64,000 nt of DNA from assembly GCF_006345805.1 (NCBI RefSeq), contig NC_042998.1:98828001-98892000 (forward strand), written 5' to 3'. A program made the position numbers and the translations under genes. The stretch is from Octopus sinensis (taxonomy: Eukaryota). The notes below the pieces were generated by a model. That model was not told where the DNA came from and did no database searches. It worked only from the letters and a program-made list of their open reading frames with translations. Positions within the stretch are counted from its first letter, which is position 1; each line of letters begins with the position of its first letter. Shown here piece after piece: positions 63,425 to 64,000 of the stretch.

Positions 63425-63584
63425 ATACATACATGCATATACATATACATACATACACGAGTAAGCACATTAATGCAAAACAAGGTGGAAAAAAATAGTA
63501 CTGAAATACTGAAGGTGAAGTAATATGCCATTTTATTAAAGCTGCAAAAATATCACTTTGATAAAAATGTGTGTATATATATCA

Positions 63585-64000
63585 TCATCTATTAACATCT
63601 ACTTTCCATGCTGGCGTGGGTTGGACAATTTAACTGAGGACTGGCAAATCAGATGGCTGCACCAGGCTCCAATCTGATCTGGCAGAATTTCTACGGTTGG
63701 ATGCCCTTCCTAATACCAACCACTCCGAGAGTGTAGTGGGTGCTTTTGCGTGCCACTGGCATGGGGGCCAGTCAGGGAGTACTGGCAATGGCCACATTCA
63801 AATGGTGTTTTTACATGCCACCTGCGCAAGAGGCAGTCCAGCGACACTGGCAATGACCATGCTCGAATATTCTTTCACGTGCCACTGGCACAAGTGCCAG
63901 TAAAGTGACGCTGGTAATGATCAGACTCGAATGGTGCTTTTTACTTGCCACCAGCATGGAAGCCAGTCAGCTACTTCTGGCAACGATCATGCTCGGATGG
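63585..64000 (-). mobile_element. RTE 3' UTR fragment, runs off the window
   Basis: CTTTCCATGCTGGCGTGGGTTGG..GGATGCCCTTCCTAA..GAGTGTAGTGGGTGCTTT plus repeat units. Confidence 0.88.

Overview
Eukaryotic, AT-rich, repeat-dominated genomic DNA. The repeat families and microsatellite load suggest an octopus or other cephalopod (inference; no database search was run). No prokaryotic genes, rRNA, bona fide tRNA or CRISPR are present. Most of the window is decayed transposons: RTE-clade LINEs with a C4HC3 finger inside the RT and a hairpin-repeat 3' UTR, CR1-like LINEs, R4/Dong-like REL LINEs, a nested Ty3/Gypsy remnant, Helitrons, Tc1/mariner fragments, Penelope-like ends and at least four tRNA-headed SINE families, plus (TACA)n/(TA)n/(TG)n microsatellites. 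Short GT-AG-bounded exon candidates on the minus strand are phase-compatible and outline an unrecognised host gene spanning at least 4.8-38.1 kb. Highlights: R4/Dong copies repeatedly bounded by (TACA)n, suggesting microsatellite targeting; a ~1.5-kb palindrome built from a ~490-bp repeat; a 14-unit alternating stem-loop array in an RTE 3' UTR; two CR1 copies sharing the same disabling lesions; a hammerhead-like motif; and a locally templated Helitron insertion. All identities and alignments were judged by eye, and boundaries of decayed elements are approximate.
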